DNA of 64,000 nt, from NCBI GenBank assembly GCA_964194715.1, contig CAXMNA010000011.1, forward strand, positions 45,497 through 109,496. Direction: 5' to 3'. The DNA is from an uncultured Gammaproteobacteria bacterium (lineage in GTDB: Bacteria; Pseudomonadota; Gammaproteobacteria; GCA-001735895). A program made the position numbers and the translations under genes. Position 1 is the first letter of the stretch. Each line of letters begins with the position of its first letter. Positions 19,231-27,102 of the stretch are shown here, one piece after another. Under the pieces are notes generated by a model. That model saw only the letters and a list, made by a program, of their open reading frames with translations. It did no database searches and was not told the DNA's origin.

Positions 19231-20058
19231 TTATTCATCGAACCAAGCGGCAAATTTCTTAAACCAGCCCATTTTAGACGAAAAATCTTCGTCAATACGG
19301 CATAACATTACCGAAATATTGTCCTTTCCGCCGTTCTTGTTTGCCTTTGTAATCAATTGCTTGGCAGCTTCTTCTAGATTAGCACTAAATTGCTTAATAG
19401 TTAAGTATATATCTTCATCTACAACTAAATCGGTTAATCCATCTGAACATAGCAAATATATATCATTTTTCAGAACTATATCCTCTTGAATGTCGGGCAT
19501 AACGACCGGATCGATGCCCAAAGCGCGCGTAACCAGGTTTTTATTCATCGAATTACGGGCTTCTTCAGGGGTATAAAAGCCGCGATCAATGAGCTCCTGG
19601 AGTAGTGAGTGGTCCTTGGTAATTTGCTCGAATCTACCCGCACGCAGTCGATAACATCTTGAATCGCCGATGTGTGCTAGTGAGAAGGAATTGTTGTAAA
19701 ACTGCAGCACCACGATAGTAGTGCCCATTCCCTTGTGCTCCGGATTAGCTTCGGCGGTTTTATAAACCAGATTGTTCGCAGCGACAACAGCGTCCTGAAT
19801 ACAGATTGACTCCATTGAGAATCCACTTGCTTCATCAACTTCACCGGGAGCAATTGAGGGCAATTTTTGCTGCAATTCGTCGATGATTGTATCGATGGTC
19901 ATGCTACTGGCAATTTCACCACCCCGGTGGCCCCCCATTCCGTCAGCGAGCACTACAAGTCCGATTGCACTGTCGTAGCCAATTGCATCCTCATTCTTGC
20001 GACGCACGATGCCAGTATCGGTCATGCCCAGAATGGTTATTTTAGTTTGTAAATTCAT
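19231..20058 (-). CDS. PP2C-family Ser/Thr protein phosphatase
   Basis: Motifs RRKNEDA, LADGMGGHRGGE, CSDGLTD and GGKDNISV. Confidence 0.9.
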   Translation of the reverse strand: MNLQTKITILGMTDTGIVRRKNEDAIGYDSAIGLVVLADGMGGHRGGEIASSMTIDTIIDELQQKLPSIAPGEVDEASGFSMESICIQDAVVAANNLVYKTAEANPEHKGMGTTIVVLQFYNNSFSLAHIGDSRCYRLRAGRFEQITKDHSLLQELIDRGFYTPEEARNSMNKNLVTRALGIDPVVMPDIQEDIVLKNDIYLLCSDGLTDLVVDEDIYLTIKQFSANLEEAAKQLITKANKNGGKDNISVMLCRIDEDFSSKMGWFKKFAAWFDE

Positions 20059-20238
20059 TCAACATTATCAACGGCGATGACAGCAATCATATCGGAGGGA
20101 AGACGGTTTATTGTCCAACGCCCAATCATAAAATAATCTTTCGAGGTTTTGAAAATGAACGGAACCCGAAAAAAATACGATTACGATGGTAGTGAGCAGC
20201 CCAGCGAACCAATCGCTTTTCCAAAAACGGGGTTTCAT
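20055..20238 (-). pseudogene. frameshifted, truncated N-terminal remnant of a CHASE2-domain sensor gene
   Basis: My own translation from ATG 20238 gives MKPRFWKSDWFAGLLTTIVIVFFSGSVHFQNLERLFYDWALDNK, then a premature stop. The neighbouring frame continues RLPSDMIAVIAVDNVE and ends in a TGA overlapping the PP2C ATG (ATGA). The TM helix plus LE..YD and ..IAVIA.D motifs match the N-terminus of CHASE2 proteins. Confidence 0.6.
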
Positions 20239-20569
20239 ACCGTCTCCATAGTTTATTTATTTATGATTACCCTGCGGTTTTATATGGGTTCTTGCAGGGT
20301 TGCGACTGGATAAAGCCTAATTCCAAATCATATAATATTTTAAAGTTTATGCGATCGCCATGAACTGGTTAACAGCTTGCAATCCCCCGTTGCCCATAAG
20401 CGTCGCAATGACGAATAACTATAAGGTCGTATGCACCTTTTTACCAGTAATAAGGGGCAAAAAGTTGATTGATTTTACAAATTTTGAAAGTCACCCCATT
20501 CACCTGGAATTACTTTGTATCAATGCGTTAAACATCCGGCCCTCCCCGGAGGGAACAGGTAATCAGTTT

Positions 20570-21130
20570 ATGTCAGAACTGCCCGATAGAATCGACCGCC
20601 TCAACGAAATTGGGATAGCACTATCGGCGGAAACCGATACAGCAAAACTGCTAGAGCTGATTATGATGGGAGCAAAGTCGCTCACCCACGCGGATGGCGG
20701 ATTGGTTTACTTTCTGCAGGATGGCGAGCTCAGCTTTGAAATCATTTCCAATGACTCGCTCGATATTCAAATGGGTGGAACCTCTTCCAGCGAAATCAGT
20801 TTTCCCCCTATCCCTCTCGTTGTGGATGGCAATGAGAACCACAGTAATGTCGTCACACATTTTGTGTTGACTGGTGAAACCATAAACATCGCCGATGCCT
20901 ACAACGAGGATGGATTCGATTTTACCGGAGCGCGAGATTTTGATAGTAATACAGGCTATCGCACCAGGGCGATGTTGACCTTTCCTCTGAAAAAGGAGGA
21001 TCATATCGACCCCGATATCTTCGATATATTCTTCAAGAATCGGGTTTATCTAGACTATGCCGAGGAATTTCTGGAGCCTGAGCAGATTGATGAAATAGAT
21101 GTAGCTGTGATTCCGGGCTATTCCGGCTAA
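20570..21130 (+). CDS. GAF-domain protein; apparent in-frame deletion derivative of a GAF/HD-GYP phosphohydrolase
   Basis: From MSELPDRIDRLNEIGIALS the sequence is GAF-like up to ...RAMLTFPLK. It then jumps directly to KEDHIDPDIFDIFFKNRVYLDYAEEFLEPEQID, which I recognise as the extreme C-terminal tail of GAF/HD-GYP-type proteins. No HD or GYP motifs are present. The upstream 70 codons of the track ORF are probably not translated. Confidence 0.6.
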   Translation: MSELPDRIDRLNEIGIALSAETDTAKLLELIMMGAKSLTHADGGLVYFLQDGELSFEIISNDSLDIQMGGTSSSEISFPPIPLVVDGNENHSNVVTHFVLTGETINIADAYNEDGFDFTGARDFDSNTGYRTRAMLTFPLKKEDHIDPDIFDIFFKNRVYLDYAEEFLEPEQIDEIDVAVIPGYSG

Positions 21131-22182
21131 GCGCTTACGAGATCACCAGGGTCGGCCGTGTCAACGCCGTCTTTCAACACGTAAGAGTCAATATCCTTTT
21201 CGTTCAGCAGAAATGACGCAGCAGAGCTGCGACGACCCGTATCACAGTAAATCACGTATTTCTTTTTTGTATCCAGTGAATTGGCTTTCATGCGCAGGAA
21301 AATCAGGGGTATATTAATGCTTCCCTTGATATTCTTGGCTTTGTGTTCTGTCGGCAAGCGAACGTCAAACCAGACTGCACCAGCGCCAACCAGTTTCTTG
21401 GCTTCGGTATATTCAACCCAGTTGAGTAGCGGCTCGTTAAGCAAAGAATTGAAATCTTCCTTGTTGAGGCGCATCAAGTGACCATCGGTAAGCATGGTAA
21501 TATTCGCATTACGTTTGCTATCGGAGATCAATGCTTCCTCTCCGAAACTATCGCCAACTGACAGGGTGGCGAGTTTTACTCCATTCGGATTGGCGGGTGT
21601 GGAACGTGTTACCAGGCAACGACCTTCCTTGATGATGTAGAAAAAATCGCCTTCCGCGTCTTGCTCGATTACTTTTTCACCCGGCTTGTAGCTGACTGAC
21701 TCCATGCGCATAAACATCGCCTGAATATTAGCCGGGGGAATTCGGTGAAAAGCTCGGGTTTGCAAGATACGGGTCATCCAGTCGGTTTCGTCATCCTCTT
21801 CCTCGACTCCTTCGACTGTATAGCTTCCGGTCTGATCCCAGGTCAACATAATATCGAGCATGTCACTGTTGATCTTGGTTACGACCGCTGCAGATTTCGC
21901 GCGTGCTGACAATGGTCGTGGAAAGCCGTGTGCCAGTGGCTGCAAACCGTCCGGGTTCCCGGCCTTGACTACCTTGATTATTTTCTTGTCGTCTAGCAGC
22001 TCAATTTCGCCTTTCAGCAGGTAAACATGGATCTTATCCGTGTCCCCTTTTTTGAAGACATAGTGGCCAGCCTGTACTGCGGTAGCCGATATTTTTTTGA
22101 TTAATTCTTGAGCATTTTCAGGATTCAGAGACTTGATCGGTGAAAAAGATTTTATTTGTTTTGGATCAATTTCAAGGCTCAT
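21127..22182 (-). CDS. tandem cyclic-nucleotide-binding (CAP_ED) domains fused to a C-terminal rhodanese domain
   Basis: The second CAP_ED is canonical (FYIIKEGRCLV...GDSFGEEALISDSKRNANI) and the first is degenerate. The C-terminus has the rhodanese active-site loop YCDTGRRSS. Confidence 0.8.
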   Translation of the reverse strand: MSLEIDPKQIKSFSPIKSLNPENAQELIKKISATAVQAGHYVFKKGDTDKIHVYLLKGEIELLDDKKIIKVVKAGNPDGLQPLAHGFPRPLSARAKSAAVVTKINSDMLDIMLTWDQTGSYTVEGVEEEDDETDWMTRILQTRAFHRIPPANIQAMFMRMESVSYKPGEKVIEQDAEGDFFYIIKEGRCLVTRSTPANPNGVKLATLSVGDSFGEEALISDSKRNANITMLTDGHLMRLNKEDFNSLLNEPLLNWVEYTEAKKLVGAGAVWFDVRLPTEHKAKNIKGSINIPLIFLRMKANSLDTKKKYVIYCDTGRRSSAASFLLNEKDIDSYVLKDGVDTADPGDLVSA

Positions 22183-22300
22183 GATTTCTTCAGGAATCCT
22201 TTGCTAGTGGCATTGACAAAAAGGGTATTCTGGCGTGTGGGTCAGGATAAAGCAACTCTTGTGGTCAATATCTGGAAGCTGGGTCACAGGCTCGATTGTC

Positions 22301-24157
22301 TTAGCCCGATTGGCTGGTTACATCGACGTAGAGCTTGAGTTTCTGCCCGGGTTGCAAATATTTACCGAGCCGATTCCAGCGCTTAATATCAGCAACCCTG
22401 ATATTGAAACGATTAGCAATAAGGTAAAGTGAATCCCCTTTTCTAACTGTATATCTTAGTGCGTGCAGAGCGTTACTTGGACGCGTTTGATTGATACTGG
22501 CAGTCTGTGCCAGCTTAGCTTTTGTCCATACTACTAGTTTCTGTCCTATGCTGAGCGTATCGATGGGCGCGATGCCGTTCCACTTGGCTAACGCCTGGGT
22601 GGTGACATTATAACTTCTGGAGATACTCCACAAACTCTGTCCAGAGCGAACGATGTGGATTCGTTTTGTACCTGATCGATTGGTATTTTGAATCGCCGCT
22701 TTGCGCGAGTTTTCGCTGAGCGTGTAAGTCTTTAACGATTTGGTCGCAGTAGGAACCATCAGGTATTTTCCTGCGCGGATTCGGTTGCCTCGAATGTTAT
22801 TGACTTCCTTGATGAGCCCTACTGTAGTGCGATACTTTTTCGAGATATGACTCAGGGTTTCGCCGTTTTTGATTTTGTGTCGTACCCAGTTGATGCGTTT
22901 ACTAGCCGGAACTTTGGCCACGCCGATTTTGAATTGCTCCGCCTTATCGCGAGGCAGCAGCAACCGGTGGGGACCATTGGGGGCGGTAGCCCAACGATTG
23001 AATGCTGGATTCAGTTGATAAAGCTGATTTAGCGTAATGCCGGCGAGATCGGCAGCAAGCGCCAGATCTATCTGACCGTCCAACTCGACAACTTTGTAGC
23101 TAACCTGATTTTTTACAGGAATCAGATCAAGCTGATATTTTTCCGGATTGGCAAACAGCTCCTTGAGCGCAAATAGCTTGGGGACGTAGGCTCGAGTTTC
23201 TTTACGGATTTTTGTCAGATGCCAAAAATCGGTTTTACGCTTACGTTTTTTATTGTAGCGGACGGCATTACGAATTTTACCGGGACCAGCATTATATGCT
23301 GCCAGCGCCAGTTCCCAGTCTCCATCAAACTCTTGCGCCAGGCCGTCCAGGTACGTAATCGCGGCATGGGTTGACTCGATGATGTCGCGGCGACCGTCGT
23401 ACCACCAGTTTTGTTTTAAGCCTAGGAACCGGCCCGTTGATGGAATGATTTGCCACATGCCGGAGGCACGTCCGTGCGAGTAAGCAAAAGCCTGGTAAGC
23501 AGATTCCACGATAGGCAGCAGTGCTAACTCACTCGGCAGGTTTCGTTTTTCAAGCTCGTCAAGCACAAAGGGTAATATCGGACGCGCCCGTTCCATTACG
23601 CGTTGCAGGTAGCCCTTATGGTTGAGATACCATTTCATTTGTGCCTTGACGCGGGCGTTGTCAACTGCGCTCAATTGCATGCCTTCTTGTAATCGATACC
23701 AGGCATTGTCTTTCCTGCGAGCCTCTAGTAGCGATGCCTCGGTTTCGGCAGTAACCTGTGTTTCTTCCTGATCTTGATTTCGTGCTCCGATATTTACCCA
23801 ATTCGACTTGAACTGATCATCTGAAACAGAGGTAGCCCTGGTGGCTTCGTCAAATGGCGAGGAATATGGTGAGTCCAAAATGCCGGTTGACGTGGTGGGC
23901 AACGCCATTACTACCTGGTCAAAATCATGGAAGCTCTGGTATTGATCAACAGCATCTTCAGTTTGAGCTATTTCAGCTGCAGTGGTTTCTTCGTTATTAA
24001 TCTCATCGCCATTAACCGGTGTCGCAACATCAACCTCGGCCGTATTCCCGATCACGGGATTGTGCTGCAAGTTCGAACAACCGACCACGATCATGGCGAT
24101 CGACAGCACGACCAGTAAACTCCGTTCCCCATACAGGGGCTTTTGCTTTATAAACAT
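22301..24157 (-). CDS. mltD: membrane-bound lytic murein transglycosylase D
   Basis: Lipoprotein-like N-terminus (IVVGCS), an SLT catalytic region (LPIVESAYQ, AAYNAGPGK), and three C-terminal LysM repeats. Confidence 0.9.
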   Translation of the reverse strand: MFIKQKPLYGERSLLVVLSIAMIVVGCSNLQHNPVIGNTAEVDVATPVNGDEINNEETTAAEIAQTEDAVDQYQSFHDFDQVVMALPTTSTGILDSPYSSPFDEATRATSVSDDQFKSNWVNIGARNQDQEETQVTAETEASLLEARRKDNAWYRLQEGMQLSAVDNARVKAQMKWYLNHKGYLQRVMERARPILPFVLDELEKRNLPSELALLPIVESAYQAFAYSHGRASGMWQIIPSTGRFLGLKQNWWYDGRRDIIESTHAAITYLDGLAQEFDGDWELALAAYNAGPGKIRNAVRYNKKRKRKTDFWHLTKIRKETRAYVPKLFALKELFANPEKYQLDLIPVKNQVSYKVVELDGQIDLALAADLAGITLNQLYQLNPAFNRWATAPNGPHRLLLPRDKAEQFKIGVAKVPASKRINWVRHKIKNGETLSHISKKYRTTVGLIKEVNNIRGNRIRAGKYLMVPTATKSLKTYTLSENSRKAAIQNTNRSGTKRIHIVRSGQSLWSISRSYNVTTQALAKWNGIAPIDTLSIGQKLVVWTKAKLAQTASINQTRPSNALHALRYTVRKGDSLYLIANRFNIRVADIKRWNRLGKYLQPGQKLKLYVDVTSQSG

Positions 24158-24221
24158 TAGTAAGGTTCAGGCTAAGAGAATAGAATACATCTAAGTGTAA
24201 CCCGCATTTCGTAAGTTTCAA

Positions 24222-24986
24222 ATGAGATTTTGGCGACAAACTACTGATAGCAAAGGATTTGCAAATATTGATGACTGGTATTTGAGCGAAACAGGGCAGA
24301 ATCTGCTCAGTGAACTCGAAGAAAAGATTAGCCCGCTGCTGGCAACGACCTTCGGCTATTATTCATTACAGATCGGATGTACTGGACTGGCTGGGCAACT
24401 ACAGCAAAGTTGTCGGGTAAAGCATCAATTTACACTGGATGATCCCGACCCCAGGGCTAAAATTCGAGCCACTCCTTCGATGCTACCGATTGCATCGGAT
24501 AGTGTCGATCTGGTGATTTTGATGCATCATTTATCCAATACCAGTGAACCACATGCAGTGTTACGCGAGGCATTTCGAATTTTAATACCTGAGGGTAAAC
24601 TGGTGATTATTGATTTCAATCCAAAATCGCTATGGGGTCTGCGCCATTTTTTCGTGGGTTGGTTAGAGCATATTCCTTTCAATGGTCATTTCTATACCGC
24701 GAGACGAATCGACGACTGGATGCGTCTGCTCGGTTTTGACCAGCACTGTAATTATCGGGTTGGGTATTTGCCACCAATTCAAAAAATTTCGATAACCCGC
24801 CATTTAACCTGGCTGGAAAAAGGCACCAAGAAATGGTTACCGGCATTGGGTGCACTAAACCTGTTGGTTTATAGCAAGAATATTTCGCCGTTAACCCCGG
24901 TGCGCCATCGCTGGGTTACGCGTAAATTACTTCCCGGCAAGATTGCCCGTCCAAGCGTTGGACGAGGTATGAGGTATGATCGCTAA
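24222..24986 (+). CDS. class I SAM-dependent methyltransferase (YafS-like)
   Basis: 254 aa with a methyltransferase-like core (DLVILMHHL...LREAFRILIPEGKLVIIDFNP). It sits immediately upstream of rnhA-dnaQ, as yafS does in E. coli. Confidence 0.65.
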   Translation: MRFWRQTTDSKGFANIDDWYLSETGQNLLSELEEKISPLLATTFGYYSLQIGCTGLAGQLQQSCRVKHQFTLDDPDPRAKIRATPSMLPIASDSVDLVILMHHLSNTSEPHAVLREAFRILIPEGKLVIIDFNPKSLWGLRHFFVGWLEHIPFNGHFYTARRIDDWMRLLGFDQHCNYRVGYLPPIQKISITRHLTWLEKGTKKWLPALGALNLLVYSKNISPLTPVRHRWVTRKLLPGKIARPSVGRGMRYDR

Positions 24987-24992
24987 GCCACT

Positions 24993-25436
24993 ATGAGCGT
25001 CAAGGTTGTGATTTATACTGACGGGGCCTGTCGTGGCAATCCGGGTCCGGGAGGTTGGGGGGTTGTTTTACGCTACCAGGGTAACCTTAAGACCCTGAAG
25101 GGTTTCCATCCCGAGACTACTAATAATCGCATGGAATTAACCGCGGTCATCGAGGGGCTGAAGACACTTACACGCCCTTGTAACATCGAACTGAATACAG
25201 ATTCGAAGTATGTTATGCAAGGTATAACCGAGTGGCTCGCCAACTGGAAACGCAATGGCTGGAAAACTGCCGCAAAAAAATCCGTGAAGAATATTGACCT
25301 CTGGCAGCAGTTAGATGATGAAGTGGCGCGTCATAAGATCGATTGGAACTGGGTCAAAGGCCATACCGGAGTCGAAGATAATGAGTTCGCAGACCAGCTC
25401 GCGAATGCGGCTATAGATACAAAGACATCGACATGA
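24993..25436 (+). CDS. rnhA: ribonuclease HI
   Basis: 147 aa with [31 protein letters not shown] and [15 protein letters not shown]. Confidence 0.95.
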   Translation: MSVKVVIYTDGACRGNPGPGGWGVVLRYQGNLKTLKGFHPETTNNRMELTAVIEGLKTLTRPCNIELNTDSKYVMQGITEWLANWKRNGWKTAAKKSVKNIDLWQQLDDEVARHKIDWNWVKGHTGVEDNEFADQLANAAIDTKTST

Positions 25437-26131
25437 GACAGATCGTATTAGATACCGAAACAACTGGACTTGAAGTTAGCCAGGGACATCGAATCATTGA
25501 AATTGGATGTATCGAACTGGTAAATCGGCGGGTTACTGGAAATCACTGGCATTATTACGTCAATCCTGATCGCGAGATCGATAGTGGGGCATTCGAGGTA
25601 CATGGAATAAGTAACGAGTTTTTGCAGGATAAGCAGCACTTTGCAGAGCTTGCTGGAGACTTCCACAGTTATGTCGCCGGCGCCGAACTGGTGATTCACA
25701 ATGCGCCATTTGACATCGGCTTTCTAAACCACGAGTTATCGTTGGTGCAACCACCAATGGCGGCATTGCAGGAGAGCTGCAGTATTCTCGATACCTTATT
25801 GCTGGCACGCCAGAAGCATCCCGGCCAAAAAAACAATCTTGATGCACTGTGCAAGCGCTATGACATAGACAACAGCAATCGCAGCCTGCACGGCGCCTTA
25901 CTAGATGCGCGCATTCTCGCTGATGTTTACCTGGCGATGACCGGCGGTCAAACCAGTTTCGGGCTGGAAGCAGAGCAGGGCGCTGATACAAGTTCTGAGC
26001 AAACCGAAATACAACGCATTGAATCCGGACAGCCATTGCCATTGTGGCAGGTCGACGAAGCGGCTCAACTGGCGAATCAGGAATACATCGAGTTTCTCGC
26101 AACACAACACGACGACCCCGCCTGGAAATAA
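25433..26131 (+). CDS. dnaQ: DNA polymerase III epsilon (proofreading) subunit
   Basis: Exo motifs [18 protein letters not shown] and [14 protein letters not shown]. There is a 4-nt start/stop overlap with rnhA. Confidence 0.95.
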   Translation: MRQIVLDTETTGLEVSQGHRIIEIGCIELVNRRVTGNHWHYYVNPDREIDSGAFEVHGISNEFLQDKQHFAELAGDFHSYVAGAELVIHNAPFDIGFLNHELSLVQPPMAALQESCSILDTLLLARQKHPGQKNNLDALCKRYDIDNSNRSLHGALLDARILADVYLAMTGGQTSFGLEAEQGADTSSEQTEIQRIESGQPLPLWQVDEAAQLANQEYIEFLATQHDDPAWK

Positions 26132-26145
26132 CTCTCCCCGAAGGC

Positions 26146-26619
26146 TTAGGAGGGTTTGAGAATACGCGCCTGATCGCGTTTCCAGTCACGATCTTTGATG
26201 GTGGCGCGCTTGTCGTGGGCCTTTTTGCCTTTGGCAATGCCGATTTTCAGCTTGGCGCGACCCCGAATCCAATAGGCGGACAGCGCCACGAGGGTGTAGC
26301 CCTTGCGTTCCACCATGCCGAGCAGGCGATCAATTTCATTGCGATGAGCGAGCAATTTGCGGGTGCGAGTGGGATTCGGCTTGATGTGCGCGGATGCGCT
26401 GTTGAGCGGGCTCATGTGGGCGCCGATTAACCAGATCTCACCGTTTTTAACCATCACGTAGCTTTCTTTCAACTGCAGATTTCCAGCACGCAAACTTTTG
26501 ACCTCCCAGCCCTCAAGTACCATACCGACCTCGATATCATCCTCGATGAAATAGTGATGACTCGCGATACGGTTACGTGCGATGGTGTTGTCAGAAGTTT
26601 TGCTTTTTTTCTTGCCCAT
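26146..26619 (-). CDS. smpB: SsrA-binding protein
   Basis: 157 aa from [17 protein letters not shown], with [10 protein letters not shown] and the basic tail [20 protein letters not shown]. The 200-aa track ORF is an upstream extension that I reject. Confidence 0.92.
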   Translation of the reverse strand: MGKKKSKTSDNTIARNRIASHHYFIEDDIEVGMVLEGWEVKSLRAGNLQLKESYVMVKNGEIWLIGAHMSPLNSASAHIKPNPTRTRKLLAHRNEIDRLLGMVERKGYTLVALSAYWIRGRAKLKIGIAKGKKAHDKRATIKDRDWKRDQARILKPS

Positions 26620-26699
26620 TTTCGGGATTCTCTGCTCGGTGTGGCTGGCGGGCCATATTCTCGGGTTAATTCCAGTGCGTGACAAGCGAATCCCGACAC

Positions 26700-26901
26700 A
26701 GTACTCCTTCAATGAGATATCCTGGCTGGCCCGAAGGGAGCGACCCAAAATAGACCAATGCTGCGTTGCTGTCCTTGTAAAGGCATGCCAAAGCTGGCTT
26801 CATGAGCGCAGCGAATGTTTTGGGTCTTCCCTGCGGACTGCGCCTTGCCTTAGCCAATTTGTGACACTCTGCATCCTAAGATATCTCGTTGAAGGAGTAC
26901 T
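26700..26901 (+). ncRNA. candidate structured RNA (rod-like, 6S-like) or palindromic MITE; identity unresolved
   Basis: A 22-bp closing helix joins 26700-26721 to 26880-26901 (21 Watson-Crick pairs plus one G.U when read on the + strand). Inner helices are 26731-26750/26818-26836 and 26760-26765/26807-26812, with small apical hairpins. The region is non-coding and lies between the smpB start and the ffs promoter. Confidence 0.4.
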
Positions 26902-26907
26902 AGCGCC

Positions 26908-26935
26908 TTGAAAACTTACCGGTCTTCACTATACA
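26908..26935 (+). promoter_or_regulatory. candidate sigma70 promoter of ffs
   Basis: TTGAAA (26908-26913), a 16-nt spacer, then TATACA (26930-26935), just upstream of the SRP RNA helix. Confidence 0.4.
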
Positions 26936-26949
26936 CTCTCGCTCTTGCA

Positions 26950-27066
26950 ATGGTGACCTGCTTCGGTCCCTGCGTGACAATTATCTGTAAATCCCGCCAG
27001 ACCCGGAAGGGAGCAACGGTAGCAGGGACATTGGGTGCGGAGGTGTGCTGAATCAGGTCGCCTCCA
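26950..27066 (+). ncRNA. ffs: signal recognition particle RNA (4.5S RNA)
   Basis: The terminal helix GGTGACCTG/CAGGTCGCC encloses the conserved domain IV sequence CCAGACCCGGAAGGGAGCAACGG (GGAA tetraloop region). The position directly upstream of dnaX is common. Ends are approximate. Confidence 0.8.
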
Positions 27067-27102
27067 GTTTCTGAATGAAATGCCGGCTTCCACTAAATCC
27101 GA

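Noticed and set aside
20360-20569. 70-codon N-terminal extension of the GAF ORF.
   Set aside because: The sequence has no domain character. The GAF homology starts at the internal Met (20570), which is preceded by a GGAGGG purine tract.
16187-22182. I considered the cyclase plus cNMP-binding protein as a Pycsar/CBASS-like defence pair, and FHA/PP2C as a T6SS (Fha1/PppA) module.
   Set aside because: The cyclase is a CHASE2 membrane sensor with canonical adenylate (Lys/Asp) specificity residues. The cNMP-binding protein carries a rhodanese rather than a TM or TIR killing domain, and is separated from the cyclase and oppositely arranged. No T6SS structural genes are present.
25560-26430. A 225-aa minus ORF across dnaQ and a 128-aa plus ORF antisense to smpB.
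   Set aside because: Both are antisense shadows of genes with unambiguous motif support (the DnaQ Exo I-III motifs and the SmpB signature). Their products are Arg/Pro-rich nonsense.
26620-26748. N-terminal 43-codon extension of smpB in the ORF track.
   Set aside because: SmpB proteins are ~155-160 aa and start near MxKKK, and the extension has no conservation features.
26620-26950. I looked for tmRNA (ssrA) next to smpB.
   Set aside because: There is no GGGGCTGA-type 5' end, no tRNA-Ala-like 3' end with a T-arm and CCA, and no tag ORF on either strand. The ssrA gene must be elsewhere.
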